DNA of 63,795 nt, the filler included, from Aduncisulcus paluster (taxonomy: Eukaryota): the NCBI GenBank assembly GCA_024181965.1. It is 7 parts of 7 records of this genome, joined end to end, with 100 filler letters (N's around TTAATTAATTAA, not from the genome) between each part and the next. Parts side by side here need not be neighbours in the genome. Positions count along the whole stretch, not along the records: positions 1 to 16,100 come from BQXS01012539.1; 6 more parts are not named here. One strand, given 5' to 3'. The position numbers and the translations under genes are program-made. Below the pieces are notes generated by a model. That model made no database searches. It was not told the origin of the DNA and saw nothing but the letters and a program-made list of their open reading frames with translations. Below, one piece after another: positions 1 through 12,600 of the stretch. Positions within the stretch are counted from its first letter, which is position 1, and each line of letters opens with the position of its first letter.

Positions 1-2
1 TC

Positions 3-1529
3 CAGAACATGATCTTCAAGATGTCTGAGGTTCAGCTCTCTTTCTCCGCCGCCTTGACACGGATGCCCCATGCTGATCTTGGTCTGCTTGATTCATACAG
101 TCGTATCCTTACTTCCTCCCTCCTCTCCTTCTCTTCTTCATGCATCCACTCCAACGCTGTCCTCAGCACCATCCTTGAGGACATTTGCGTCTACATGGAG
201 GAAGACGATGAATCCACTGGGCGTATGTCAATGGAGGAGGCCCAAAGGAAGCAATTCGAGGTCTCTCCCAATGATTTACTTGTCCTCAAGCGAGGCATTG
301 GTCTTCGTGTGCTCAACAAGCTCATCTCTTGTGTTAACGAGGAGGAGTACCTGGTTCGCAGGATGAAAGGAGAGAAAGTTAAGAAAAGTGATTTCGTTGA
401 ACCCGAATGCCATTGTGGACACTGTGACGAGCATGACCATGAAGAGGAAGAGGAAGAGGAAGAGAAAGAGACTGATGGAAAGAAGAAACTCTCCAAAAGT
501 CAGAAGAAGTTCATTACAAAGCACAAAGAGAACAAGGCTGCTCTCCGTGACATGGGTTTCTATTTGTTGAACGACTGTATCCGTATTATGACCCTTTTGA
601 CTCAGAACGGAAACGCTGGTGCCATTGAAGTCATGTACAAAGATGCTGCCGTGATATATCAATTGTTCGCCGTTATTCGTTATGTTAAACAGTGTGGTAT
701 CAATGTCGGTGCCATCACTGATTTTGTTGGTTCTTTCCTTGATTTATTCCCTGTCCTTGACTCCCTTGTGAATGAACAACCCCAGTTTGCTCATTTCTTC
801 GCTACTTACATTGACACCGTGAACATGATCCATGAAGACTCTCCTGCTCTCGTTGGAACAGCCATGGTCACCAAGGGATTCGTTCTCCGTGCCCTTATGT
901 CCTTTGAGAAGATTGTTGGTGCCACAAAGAAGATCATGGAGGAAGAGACAGAGGATCGTGCAAGGGTTGCTGCTGAGAAGGCTGAGAGAGAGAAGGCTGA
1001 GAAAGAGAAGGCTGAGAAGGAAGCCGAGGACGAGGAAGAGAAGGAAGGAGCTGTCGTCAAGAAGAAGGACACTTCCACCGCTGAGGAGGATAAGAAAGAT
1101 ATTGACCGCATCCAGAGCAATGCCTACAAACACGAGTGTGACACTCTTGCAGGCCGTGCTCTTATCTTGTTGACGACTGTGTCTGACGTTCTCTCACATC
1201 TCATTGATCTCTCATCCCAGGACGATGACAAGAAGCTCAAGGCTAAGGCTGGAATGCAAGTGACCATGGGTAAGAAGAAACTCTCAGCCACCTTGGTGAA
1301 GAATGGCCTTCGTGTTCCTGCTGCCCTCTTCTCGCGTCTCGCTGAGGTCAGTCGTCAAGCTGGTGCCTTCAAGGAAGATGAGACTGAGCTTATCACCGCT
1401 GCCGTCGCTCTGTTGAAGAAGAGAGAGGAGACTGGATCGATTGCTGACGATATTGTTGATGATCTCACTGTCTTGGACGTCCCTCACGTTCAAAAGTCCT
1501 CTCTTGAGAAACTTGAGAAGTTGCTGTGA
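3..1529 (+). CDS. Hypothetical helical-repeat-like protein, probably 5'-partial
   Basis: The frame is open from base 3 through the 506-aa ORF. It has biased codon usage, an acidic tract, a CHCGHCDEHDH motif and AEK repeats. No family recognised. Confidence 0.75.
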   Translation, partial: QNMIFKMSEVQLSFSAALTRMPHADLGLLDSYSRILTSSLLSFSSSCIHSNAVLSTILEDICVYMEEDDESTGRMSMEEAQRKQFEVSPNDLLVLKRGIGLRVLNKLISCVNEEEYLVRRMKGEKVKKSDFVEPECHCGHCDEHDHEEEEEEEEKETDGKKKLSKSQKKFITKHKENKAALRDMGFYLLNDCIRIMTLLTQNGNAGAIEVMYKDAAVIYQLFAVIRYVKQCGINVGAITDFVGSFLDLFPVLDSLVNEQPQFAHFFATYIDTVNMIHEDSPALVGTAMVTKGFVLRALMSFEKIVGATKKIMEEETEDRARVAAEKAEREKAEKEKAEKEAEDEEEKEGAVVKKKDTSTAEEDKKDIDRIQSNAYKHECDTLAGRALILLTTVSDVLSHLIDLSSQDDDKKLKAKAGMQVTMGKKKLSATLVKNGLRVPAALFSRLAEVSRQAGAFKEDETELITAAVALLKKREETGSIADDIVDDLTVLDVPHVQKSSLEKLEKLL

Positions 1530-2152
1530 GAAACAAAGAGGTAGGCAGAAGTTTTCCCTCATTTTATACTGCAGCACACGACCAAAATAATATTCAATAA
1601 CAAATAGATCTACAGTTGGTGAGTGTCTCTACTTAGTTTATATTTTTATTATAATATATTATATTTAATAATCTAAATATGAGAGATGATCACTTGAACT
1701 ACGATGAGTGAAACACAATACATAATACTTCTTTTTTTTCATATTTCCAATTCAAAGAAGCTAGTTATTTCAAATAAGATTGGAATCAATTCTCTCCTTT
1801 TTTTTTCTCCCCCTCTCGAAGAACCTTGTTTACAGAAGTCTTTTTCTCGTTACTCTGTGTATATAGTAAATTGAAGACAAAAACAAACAAAATAACTTTT
1901 TCTGGAACAAGATTTACCTTTTGCAAAGTTTCTCAAATATATAATATATATTTTCTTGAGTTTTTCCTTCATGGGTTGACCCCGTATGGTGATTAATATT
2001 CTATCTAAATCCTGAATTTGAGGATGTTAATTGATCTATATAGGTAAAAAAAGAGAGGAATTGATCCATTATTACAATTGAAAGAAAAATTGCTCCAGTT
2101 CCAGAGAAAAATAATACAATTTAATTGAAGACAATATTACAAATAGGGTTAT

Positions 2153-3663
2153 TCATTTGCTTTTCCGGCGTTTTCTTGCAGCGATTCGTTGCATGGCAAG
2201 CTCTCTCCGACTCATTGGAGAGCCTCCTTCACCTAACCCCAATGAGGAAGAAGAGGAAGAGGAAGAAGAGGAAGAGGAAGAAGAGGAAGAGGAAGTTGTA
2301 GATGATATTGATCTATTTTTAGATGACGGTGAGAAGATTATGAGTTCCTCCTGATCATCTTCGACATGAATAGAATGGTATGCTTCCTTGTACATTCGAG
2401 CTAGATCTTGTTTCCCAAATGGAGAATCCAAGAGTTTCTCACTAATGTTATTTATAGATGGTTTTGAGAGCGACTCAGACCTAGAAGTTCTTATGGAAGA
2501 AGAAGAAGAAGAGGACATGGATGATCGTGAAGAAGATAATGACCCTACCGATGAACTGTACTGTCCAAATATGATTGGATTGCTCGACAAAGGAGAGGAA
2601 GTAGTAGGACAATCCAGGGAGGAACGTGACATTTTGCCACCAAGATGATGTTGTTTTTTAGATTTTTGAAGGATCTGATATGATGCAGACTTCTTCCTTG
2701 CTATTGGTGATTTTTTCGTCTTTGGACTTTGTTGATATACTGAAGGGGAAGATGCCCCCTGAGGTCCCTTGTCTTTCCCAAATGGAGAATCCAAGAGTTT
2801 CTCACTAATGTTATTTATAGATGGTTTTGAGAGCGACTCAGACCTAGAAGTTCTTATGGAAGAAGAAGAAGAAGAGGACATGGATGATCGTGAAGAAGAT
2901 AATGACCCTACCGATGAACTGTACTGTCCAAATATGATTGGATTGCTCGACAAAGGAGAGGAAGTAGTAGGACAATCCAGGGAGGAACGTGACATTTTGC
3001 CACCAAGATGATGTTGTTTTTTAGATTTTTGAAGGATCTGATATGATGCAGACTTCTTCCTTGCTATTGGTGATTTTTTCGTCTTTGGACTTTGTTGATA
3101 TACTGAAGGGGAAGATGCCCCCTGAGGTCCCTTGTCTTTACCAAAGGAGAATATTGACACATCTTCAAGATGGGGTGGCGATAAAAAGGATCCATAACAT
3201 TTCATTCTGGTATTTGGAATGGTTGGTAATGGAGGTCTGGATGTAGAAGCCCCATACATATATATCAAACGTGTCCTTTCACTGTCAACAAATTTCTTGA
3301 GCGTTTCTTCAACAGAAAGCGGTAAAGCAAGAGCTCTATGGATTTCATCAACTCGTTCTTGATCTTCTACATCTCTTAGAGCAACATCGCCCTCAATAAT
3401 TTCATCATACTCAGTTTTACGAATAATTTCGTCAAAAGATTTTGGAGGAGAGCAAGAAATGGAATCTAGCAATTTAGGAGGAATATCCAACTCAAATTGT
3501 TTCAAATACTCATCCTATAATAAATAGAAAGTTATCGTAGAGTGTTATTTTGAATTAGCAAGAATATTTGGATAAGAGATATGTTAAGAAAAGAAATATT
3601 AATAAAAATAGAGTATTTTCACATCATTAAAATTATAATATGCTATTATTTTTTACATACCAT
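2153..3663 (-). CDS. Ser-rich hypothetical protein; exon 1 is only the ATG (3663-3661), intron 3660-3515, exon 2 3514-2153
   Basis: The minus strand reads ATG|GTATGT...TTTATTATAG|GAT GAG TAT TTG, giving MDEYLKQF in frame with ORF 2153..3505, whose listed start is TTG. Confidence 0.7.
2411..3139. repeat. Apparently exact 363-bp (121-codon) tandem duplication within the CDS
   Basis: TTTCCCAAATGGAGAATCC occurs at 2411 and 2774, and the translation repeats GKDKGPQGASS...LLDSPF. Confidence 0.95.
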
Positions 3664-3705
3664 GATGATAGGCTACAAATTCGAATTTGTTTCAAAATAC
3701 CCAAA

Positions 3706-4644
3706 ATGCAAAAAACAAAAGAAGAAATATTACATTCTACAAGAAAATCTCTCTCTTTACTTGAAAAGGGCGATGTAAAAAATGCGTTGATGTTGTTTTC
3801 TGGTGCTATTTTGACAAAGGCTTCAAGAAAGTATGTTCTCGAAGATGAAGAAATCAACATTGTGGAATTATTCGCCCAATCTATTACTTCTACCGATGAT
3901 TTTTGTGTAGAACTTGGATTACAACTTGCTGTTAGTTTTGCTCAAGATTTCGATTGTCTGCCATATCTGATTGAAGAAATTGATATTACAGTGCATATCA
4001 AGAATTGTTTATCATTATTAAGTGGAAAAGTTGATAATGCGATGTCTAGTCAAGCAATATCTTCCCCTTCTCAGCTCTGCAAGCTCATCACCCTTCCTGC
4101 TTGGGCTTCTGATCTTGCAATGTTAATATATTGGGTTTGTCAATCTAAAGATGTCAAACAAGTCCTCCAAAATGCTGATGCCAATGTTCGTCTCTCCAAT
4201 ATTGGAAAAGCTATCCCTCCAAGCAGCCGTCTCATGAGTAGAGCTTTCGAGCTTGCCATCGCTTCTCTTGACTCTCGTTTACTAAGCAGTCATGAGTTAT
4301 CCGAAGTTATTTCTCCCCTTACCGTCAGAGCGCCAGGAACTCCCTCAATTTCCTCCACTCTTCGTGATTCCATCCGTGCATCTCCTTTACAGCTTTCTTC
4401 AACTCTTTCGTCGCTTCTTGGTGGACCACAGAGCAGTAGAAAGACTCCTAAGTCCGGTTTGAAGGTTGTACAAAGTGGAACTATGCTTCATAAGAGTGGA
4501 TTCGCTCTCCGTTCCGAACCCACCACTCCAACGCTCTCTGCTCCTCCTTCCACCCATCTTGATGCTGATGATGGACATCAATTAGAAGATACAAAGGATG
4601 CTGGAAGAGTTGATCCTGTTGAATTGAAAGAAGGAAGGGTGTGA
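3706..4644 (+). CDS. Hypothetical protein (helical N-terminus, low-complexity C-terminus)
   Basis: Part of ORF 3640..4644. The ATG at 3706 is preferred because the earlier ATG lies in the intron of the divergent gene. Confidence 0.7.
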   Translation: MQKTKEEILHSTRKSLSLLEKGDVKNALMLFSGAILTKASRKYVLEDEEINIVELFAQSITSTDDFCVELGLQLAVSFAQDFDCLPYLIEEIDITVHIKNCLSLLSGKVDNAMSSQAISSPSQLCKLITLPAWASDLAMLIYWVCQSKDVKQVLQNADANVRLSNIGKAIPPSSRLMSRAFELAIASLDSRLLSSHELSEVISPLTVRAPGTPSISSTLRDSIRASPLQLSSTLSSLLGGPQSSRKTPKSGLKVVQSGTMLHKSGFALRSEPTTPTLSAPPSTHLDADDGHQLEDTKDAGRVDPVELKEGRV

Positions 4645-4929
4645 GTATGTTCTACCTCTATCTTAGATCTATTCACTATTCCACCATTCTTTTCTCAAAG
4701 CAAACTTCAAGACTTCTAATAACTCACATAAAGACAATATATACATATATAATAAGTAAGTTGTAGTTGGAAGAAGATTCGCTTCTACATGGCTATAAAG
4801 TATAATTCATAAGCAATGTTAATAGAAATAAATATTAATATTCAATAAATATCAAATTTTATCCTTTCATTGGTTGATTTGTCTTTAGTAGCAGTGAGTA
4901 ATTCAAAAATCATGTTTTGCCACGAATCA

Positions 4930-5963
4930 ATGCCAAAGCCAACTTCTTCTTCCATAATGACTACTAGTGCTCGGGTGGGTGGATTTGCTTTGAGTATGTT
5001 TGTCTATTTTTTTTACGCTTTTGTCCGATTTAGACTTGTTGTTTATCGTTGTATCTCTATTCAAAATATTTAGCCAAGTCTCATGGTCAGCATCTTTTGA
5101 ATAACCCACTTGTAATTGATAATATAATAACAAAATCCGAAATAAGGCCATCTGATACCATTATTGAAATTGGTCCCGGTACTGGTAACCTTACAATGAG
5201 GTTACTTGAAAAAGCTGCAAAAGTTATTGCCTATGAAGTTGATCCACGAATGGTTGTTGCTTTAAACAAAAGAGTTAGAGATACTCCATATGCAAAGAAG
5301 CTTCAAATCATCCAAGGTGATTTTCTTAAAGCTGAGCTTCCACGGTTTGATTTGTGTGTTGCCAATTGTCCATATAATATTTCTAGTGGTATTGTTTTCA
5401 AATTACTTGCTCATACTCCCATCCCAAGACATTTTGTGCTGATGTTCCAAAAAGAATTCTCAATGCGGTTGGCTGCAAAACCTGGTGAGACATTTTATTC
5501 AAGAATTTCAGTTAATACTCAATTATTAGCCAAAGTTCAGCATTTGATAAAGGTTCCGAGGACTTGTTTCACACCACCTCCAAAAGTTGATTCAAGTGTT
5601 GTCAAAATCACACCCTTAACTCCAAGGCCCTCCATTCCTCTCTTAGAATGGGATGGTTTAATGAAAGTTATCTTTAATCGTAAGAACAAGACAATTAGAA
5701 GCATTTTTAATCAGAAGGTTACAAAGAAAGCTATCGAAGCTAAACACCTGAAATTATGCGAGTCATTGAAGGTCAAACCCCACGATGATCCTGTATCGGT
5801 GGCCCTGGAGGTTATCGACAAATTAGAGTCTACTCCCACCCCTTCAAGGGGTAGAAGTTCTGAGAAGGCTTCAATGAGAGCCGCAAAATTAGATCTAACA
5901 CAACTTCAGAACATGCTCAACGCATTTATGGAAAAGGGGATTAGTTTTAAAGATGATGAATAA
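4930..5963 (+). CDS. DIM1: 18S rRNA dimethyladenosine transferase (KsgA/Dim1); exons 4930-4993 and 5074-5963
   Basis: Motifs GQHLL, IIEIGPGTGNLT, AYEVDPRM, VANCPYNISS, MFQKEF and FTPPPKVDS. The intron 4994-5073 (GTATGT...TTTAG) restores MPKP...FALTKSHGQH. Confidence 0.97.
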
Positions 5964-6356
5964 AATTTATTTTCCCTTTATTATTATGATATAACTCTTA
6001 GAGCTACGCTCGTTAAAGTTAAAGCTCCAGCAGTTAGAGAACAACAGGAAGAATAAAAAAAATTCCTAAAATGTGTTTAAATTAGTAATTACTTCTAAGA
6101 AGCTTGCATAATTATTATTGATTTTTCGACATAGACGATCTATCAAACAAAACGCTTTTTTGGAAGATATAATGAATGAAGAATTTATTATCGAATATAA
6201 ATGAGGATAAATTTTCTGACACAATAATACATGAGATTGAAAAGGGTAGTGAAGTATGTATTTTAATAGATTTTTCATTATTTCTGATATCATTGCAATG
6301 ACTTTTTTATTTTCCATTTTCATGTTACACTTTCAATATATAAGTTACTATTTACA

Positions 6357-9275
6357 TTGGAAGATTTTAAAATTGCTGTATTATCCCTTCATGAAGATGT
6401 GTTTTCTTTAATTCATTTTCCTTCCATTGTTTCTTGCAAAATAGGAATAATGAATCTCAAAAATTTAATAATATTCCTTTTTAAGAAAAAAATACTCGTT
6501 GATATAGTCCCTATTATCTGTGATAGCCTTTCTATCATATGTCAACTTTATTCCGAGCGTCGAGAAGAAATTGAAGCCTATCGTTTGCTTATTATTGAAT
6601 ATGCATGTACATTGATTAATGAACTTCATTCTTTAATTCCTAAATCAGCTCTCGAATCGTTATTACATTTATTCCCACTGGCTTTCTCCCACGAGGCCAA
6701 TGAAATACTTCCAGCGCAAACTGATATTGATTTACTCAAACCCCCTCTTTCGTCAATTCATAAACTGCAAGCTGAGATCAATTCACGTTGTGTTTTGATC
6801 CCTAAATCGTTTGCTCTCCAATTTTCTCTTTCTAATGGGATTAAGCATAATTATACAAATACCAAAGAACTCCAATCCATAATTGATGAAGTATCTCAAT
6901 CTATTAATAGATTTATATGCGGTGAAGATGATAAACTTGCCCAAGCTGGTATTGCCATTTGCCTTGCTCTTCTGTCTTCTCGTTCCATTCTTCCGGCAAT
7001 CTTAAACCAAATTTGCGCAAAAGTGATCGGATTGCGCTTTGTTGTTCAGAATAATCTTCATAGATACTGTTTATTTTGGGTTGAGAAACTCAAGCACCAA
7101 GAAGAGTCATCGTACCTCCAAGAGCTTCAAAACGCCTGTCTCTTTGCATATCTTTCCGGATCTCTATCAGAATGGAGCCATGATCCACTGATGCCCGATT
7201 CTTCCACAATGGATATAATCTCTGGTGGGATAGGTTCTGTATTTACTGAAGAAATAATAACAACAAAACAACAACATCATAAAGACGAAGACAAAGAAGA
7301 ATGCCGGAATAATGGAACTTTGTTGTTATATTGTCTTGTTGCTGCATTTTTCTTCTCATCAAAGCCTTCTTGTGCTATTCCGGCATTGTTCATTGATGCT
7401 GCGATTGCAGGATGTATTGTGGCATTGAACATGGATGAACAGGAAGTTCTCACACCGAGCGGTGTTCTATTTTCGTCTCTATCTTCTCATTTCCCCCCCA
7501 ACATTCAATATAAGGCTCGTTCCATTTTCCAATCTTCATATATAAGCAACAAACATTCCTCATCATCTTCTAAGAATTTATTCCTCACCCCCTCTCGAAG
7601 AAAGGAAGAAGAAGATCATGATCAACGCCAACAACAACAATCAATGCTTCCACAGTCTGACGACCCCATAACATTCACAGCTCGTATTGCTCTCTTCTAT
7701 AGACCTTCTCTCAAAGATAGATTTCTATCCCAAGTAATATTCTATCACAATCCTGTTTTGGTATACCCCCAATTGGCTCTCGAAGCACATAGAATATGCA
7801 TAATGCAGAGAAGAATAGCTCCTCTAAGTGGTGCTCAAGTAAGAGTTGCCAAGAGACGTGTGATCATTCCGACAGTCTCCGGTTATGATGATACTGAGAA
7901 AAGAGATGATCTCTCAACGGTTTCTGTTAGAATATTACCTGTTAAAGACCGCCACCACCATCAGAAGACACAGAATCCTTTCGGTCTCTCATCATCTAAA
8001 ACACATTCTTTCTCACGACTCCAATCTTCCTCTTCCTCTCTCTTTGACAATCCTCATAATCTTTCCTCATCCAATGACTTTATATCTAACAAACATAAGC
8101 ACAAGAGACACAGTAGTTCGACCAGACCATCTGCAACATCTAAACCCAGTGTTATCCCTTCCTCCTCTTGTCCTTCCTCCTCTTGTCCTTCCTCCNNNNN
8201 NNNNNNNNNNNNNNNTTTCGGTCTCTCATCATCTAAAACACATTCTTTCTCACGACTCCAATCTTCCTCTTCCTCTCTCTTTGACAATCCTCATAATCTT
8301 TCCTCATCCAATGCCTTTATATCTAACAAACATAAGCACAAGAGACACAGTAGTTCGACCAGACCATCTGCAACATCTAAACCCAGTGTTATCCCTTCCT
8401 CCTCTTGTCCTTCCTCCTCTTGTCCTTCCTCCTCTTATCCTTCAACTTGTGCTGTTGTACCATCATCTGTGAGTGTTGATGATGCCACCACTGCAGCTCT
8501 CACTCTTCTTCTCTCCTCTTCTTCCTTTTCTTCTTCCTCGCTCATCAACATAGCTAATACTCTGGCCCACACGCTTGCAACTTCTGTCTGCGAGGAAGTA
8601 CAGAGTGTATGCAAGCGTCTTGTTCGCCCCTGTGCTCAAAAAAGTGCTGTTTATGGTGTTTGTAAAGCAGTGAAAGATATATCTGAGGAACGATTATCCT
8701 TGTTTAAACATCATAAAAAGAGACATCACGGATCCATCGAATCATCAGTGTCAGACGATACCGATGAAGCCGTAATCGATGGTGATATGATACATAAGAA
8801 AGAAGAGGAAGAAGATTATTCGAAAACACAGGATAAACAGCTTTTAGATGCCGATATCGATGAACAAAGCCTGTTCTACGCTTCTCTTGTCTGCGGTCGG
8901 AAATGTGATGAAACGAAAGAGCATGTAGTTTTAGAGCTTTTAAGTTCTATACCTCGTTCTGAGTTAAATCACATCAGCCAAGAATGTGCTTTTGATTATC
9001 TCTTACAAGAATCGTTATTGCTGAGCGTCATGAAGAGATATATTGTGGCTGAAATCAAGGAAAGAGCACAATGTGTGAGTGTGTTTCTACCTCGCTCTCT
9101 CCACTTACGGGCTAGGCTTCTGTGTATATACGTATGTGAAAGTGCTTGTTTGAAAGAAACTATGAATCGACTTAAGGATTGGTTAAGGGGGGAAAGTATG
9201 CAAGTCATTTCAGCCATGACTAGGAATTATGTAGAAAAGATCTTTCGAAGAATTCAAAATACATCAATAAAATAA
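6357..9275 (+). CDS. Hypothetical protein (start uncertain; spans an assembly gap with duplicated flanks)
   Basis: 972-codon ORF with a non-ATG first codon and Ser/His-rich low-complexity middle. No family recognised. Confidence 0.65.
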   Translation: MEDFKIAVLSLHEDVFSLIHFPSIVSCKIGIMNLKNLIIFLFKKKILVDIVPIICDSLSIICQLYSERREEIEAYRLLIIEYACTLINELHSLIPKSALESLLHLFPLAFSHEANEILPAQTDIDLLKPPLSSIHKLQAEINSRCVLIPKSFALQFSLSNGIKHNYTNTKELQSIIDEVSQSINRFICGEDDKLAQAGIAICLALLSSRSILPAILNQICAKVIGLRFVVQNNLHRYCLFWVEKLKHQEESSYLQELQNACLFAYLSGSLSEWSHDPLMPDSSTMDIISGGIGSVFTEEIITTKQQHHKDEDKEECRNNGTLLLYCLVAAFFFSSKPSCAIPALFIDAAIAGCIVALNMDEQEVLTPSGVLFSSLSSHFPPNIQYKARSIFQSSYISNKHSSSSSKNLFLTPSRRKEEEDHDQRQQQQSMLPQSDDPITFTARIALFYRPSLKDRFLSQVIFYHNPVLVYPQLALEAHRICIMQRRIAPLSGAQVRVAKRRVIIPTVSGYDDTEKRDDLSTVSVRILPVKDRHHHQKTQNPFGLSSSKTHSFSRLQSSSSSLFDNPHNLSSSNDFISNKHKHKRHSSSTRPSATSKPSVIPSSSCPSSSCPSSXXXXXXXFGLSSSKTHSFSRLQSSSSSLFDNPHNLSSSNAFISNKHKHKRHSSSTRPSATSKPSVIPSSSCPSSSCPSSSYPSTCAVVPSSVSVDDATTAALTLLLSSSSFSSSSLINIANTLAHTLATSVCEEVQSVCKRLVRPCAQKSAVYGVCKAVKDISEERLSLFKHHKKRHHGSIESSVSDDTDEAVIDGDMIHKKEEEEDYSKTQDKQLLDADIDEQSLFYASLVCGRKCDETKEHVVLELLSSIPRSELNHISQECAFDYLLQESLLLSVMKRYIVAEIKERAQCVSVFLPRSLHLRARLLCIYVCESACLKETMNRLKDWLRGESMQVISAMTRNYVEKIFRRIQNTSIK
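7980..8431. repeat. About 215-bp duplication flanking the 20-N gap 8196-8215
   Basis: TTCGGTCTCTCATCATC...CCTTCCTCC is repeated on both sides of the gap with one visible substitution (GAC/GCC). Likely an unmerged overlap. Confidence 0.85.
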
Positions 9276-9675
9276 ATGTGATTCTATTATTTAAAATAAC
9301 ATTTTATTCCGTAATTCATGCTCATTTCAAAGATTTCTCAGCTTGGAACAAACAATCATTATCAAGACATACTTTAAAAATTTTATGGACATGTCATGTA
9401 GATTAATGCGAAGCGGTATAGTGTACCTTTCGAACACTGATGTTTTTAAACCCCATTAATGAAATAACCATTTTCAATAGATTTGGAATACATAACAAAA
9501 AAATACTTGCACAAATTTGAACAAAGTATGTCTTTTATAAATATTTATTCTGCAATATGAAACCTTTTTCAATCATTTTACCAACATTTTCGAATTCCCA
9601 TCTGTATCCCGTTTAGATCCGCCAATATCAAATATAATCCACGAAAAGCGTATTCAAGGATAAAAATATCAAAAT

Positions 9676-12600
9676 ATGGAACCTCATATTGAAGAAAAGA
9701 AACAAATGCCAAAATTATCAACTCGAGAGTATCGTGACATTCGAGATGAGCTAGCGTCTCTGACGTTAAATTCTAAAACATGTATAACAGAGAAATATAT
9801 TCTTGCAAAAGGTGGCTTTGCTCAAGTTCAACTTGTAACAATGGGAGCAAACAAAATTTTTTATGTCCAAAAAAAAATGCTAAAACAAGGTGATAAGAAG
9901 GCCATCGTGGACTGTTACAAAGAGTTCCTAACCCAACTCAAGTTGTATGAAAATCTTAAATGTCTCCACCGTATCCCTCGCCCGATGTATATTTTCGATC
10001 TTACTGATGAGCATTTCAGAGGAGAATATGGTTTCATCATGGAGTTTTGTATTGGTGGAAATGTAAAAGAGTTTTCTAGGAGTTGGTGCATTCGAGATAA
10101 GTCTGCAAAAGGTAGTTATGGTTTCAAGCCCAAATCAAATTTTGAAAGAGGAGGTTCAGGAGATTCTAGCCCTGAATCTGACAATGTTTCAGAGTATGAT
10201 CCTCTTAAAGTGAGTGCTCTATGTGTTGGCATGATTGAATGTCTTGCTGATGTGTTTTCAGCCAAACCAAAGTTCATTCACAGAGATATTAAACCTCAGA
10301 ATTTTCTCGTCCGGGCCCATCCCACAAATACCAACTGTACCATTGTTCTTTCTGATCTTGGTCTGGTTAGGATGCCAGATTCAATTTCCTCGTCATTTTC
10401 AAATCTCTCCATATCTTCTTCCACTGGAGATGGTATAGAAGACCCATCCTCTCATCTTAATCCGAACTCAAGAAGCTCCATTTGTGGAACCCTTGTGTAC
10501 AACTCATGCGAAGCTCTTGAAGGTATTCAAAGCCAAGAGAGTGATGCTTACTCACTCGGTCTGACTATCCTCACCATGTTCGAGGGATGTAATCCTTTCC
10601 TTCAAATGACAGTATTACAAAGTATCACTTCACCCATTCTATTTGCCAAGAAACTCAAAGAGTTGATTGAAAGTAATATGGGTCCAAAACTTTCCAACTC
10701 TCGTCTTTTCAGAACCCTCAAGACCATCGAAGGTGGTAAGTTCAAGCCTGTTTATTCCTGTCTGAACGAAGTGTTCCAAGGATTGACAAAGCTGGATATC
10801 GATGAACGTATGAGTGTTCAGGAAGCCTGTGAGAAAGTTCAATCCATCAAACATTTACTTCCAAAGATTGGAGAAGGGTGGAAATGTCCATCCATTGACG
10901 ATATTGTGAAGGCTCAGCTTGCCAAGCATAAAGGTGATACTGGAAGCATTGTTGAAGGTGAAGAAGGTGAGGATATCTCCCCAATAACATCTTCTACAAA
11001 ACAAGATCTTGAACCCGAATTAGATGTGAAATTTGAGGACATATGGATTCCAAGAGTAGAAGCCAAAACATTGGCACTCAAGGCATCTATTGTTTCACTC
11101 CATAGACTTGGCAGTCCACCCACCTTTGAGAAATTGTACCAGTTTCTCAAACAAATTTTTTCAGAATTTACGTTTTCAAAACGTATTGTTAGAATTTCAA
11201 GGAGACTTTTCGAATTTTGCTTTCAACATCTACTCTTCCTCATTATGTATCCAGCTACGCGATGGAATGAACCTTCCAAAGATGATGTTGAACTGATTTT
11301 GGATCAGTCCTCCACCGACAAGTTCATTGACACCTTGTTACCTTCAATGATCGGAGTTGAGTCAATCCTGAGAAAGAAGCCAGTGAAGAAAGAAAGAGCA
11401 AACGAAGAGGAAGAAGAAGGAGAGGAGGAAGAAGAAGAGGAGGAAGAAGAAGAGGAGGAAGAAGAAGAGGAAGAGGAAGAAGAGGAAGAAAGGGAATCGG
11501 AAGGAGAAGCAGAGGAGGGAGAAGCAGAATTAAATGAATGTAGACCTCCATCAGAATCTGGAGTGAATTCCATCACAGCGACTCTTTTCAAGATCCTCAA
11601 TGTCTTAACCTCTTCAATCATGCACACGTCCCCAAGTTGTATTCCTGACATCATTTATCCCAAAATCTCTTCGCTTATCTCCAAGATGTTATCTCTAGGT
11701 CTATCCGAGATTCTCGATGCTTCATTTGTGAAGGATCTCCTCCTAACGTGCAGAAACATTGCATTCACCAAACACAATGCCACCAAGGATGCTCTTTTGA
11801 CGCGTCTATGTCCTCACATCTTGCCTTGGATGAAGAAGTATCCCGACATGAAGTTCTTCCTTTTGTGGACACGTATCCTTGTGCTTATCACGAATGATGA
11901 GGATAACCTCAAGCCACATGAAGGACGTTCCTCGCAGCTCTGGTTTGTCTTCGATCATGTCTTTGCTGTGCTTAAGGACATTACTTCCAAAGGTGTTACC
12001 GTTGATGACGAAACTATCATTTCATGCTTGTCTCTCTTCACTAACTTGAGCTGCATTCCTTCCCAAGCCAAACAATTGTACGATTGCATTAAAGGTGATC
12101 TTCTTGATAGTTGGTTTGCTGCGGTCTTCAAGACGATGAGTGGAGAGGAAGAGGAAGAGGGTAGTGGAAACTGGCGAAGCAGATACTGGTTTGGACTCAT
12201 TGCCAAACTATCCGCAGTTCCAGATATTGTTCCTCCACAACTGTCACCAAAATATGATTGGATTGAATTACGTTCAACCATCAAGACCTGTCCAGACCGC
12301 CAGTCAACTTCAAACCTTTACTGTATCACCAAATATAAAATACTATCTTTCTTTCTTTCATTCGATTCAAAGAGTGAGATTGAAAAACATCAAAAAGAAG
12401 TGATTCTTTGTGTTCGGTGTTTGGATTCGTTTGTTCAACACCATATTGGTAAAGTCCATATTCATCTTCCAAGTTCCGAACTGAATAATCTTATCGAAAC
12501 TTTCATTGATCATTTATCTAGCATTGAGGAAGTTTTGGAATCATCCGTTATTAATGAAAAATACTGTGGAATATGCCTGGATTGTACATATATTAATACT

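Noticed and set aside
11401..11525. GAA/GAG purine tracts (also 2245-2295 and 59700-59760)
   Set aside because: Ordinary poly-Glu or poly-Ser coding low complexity.
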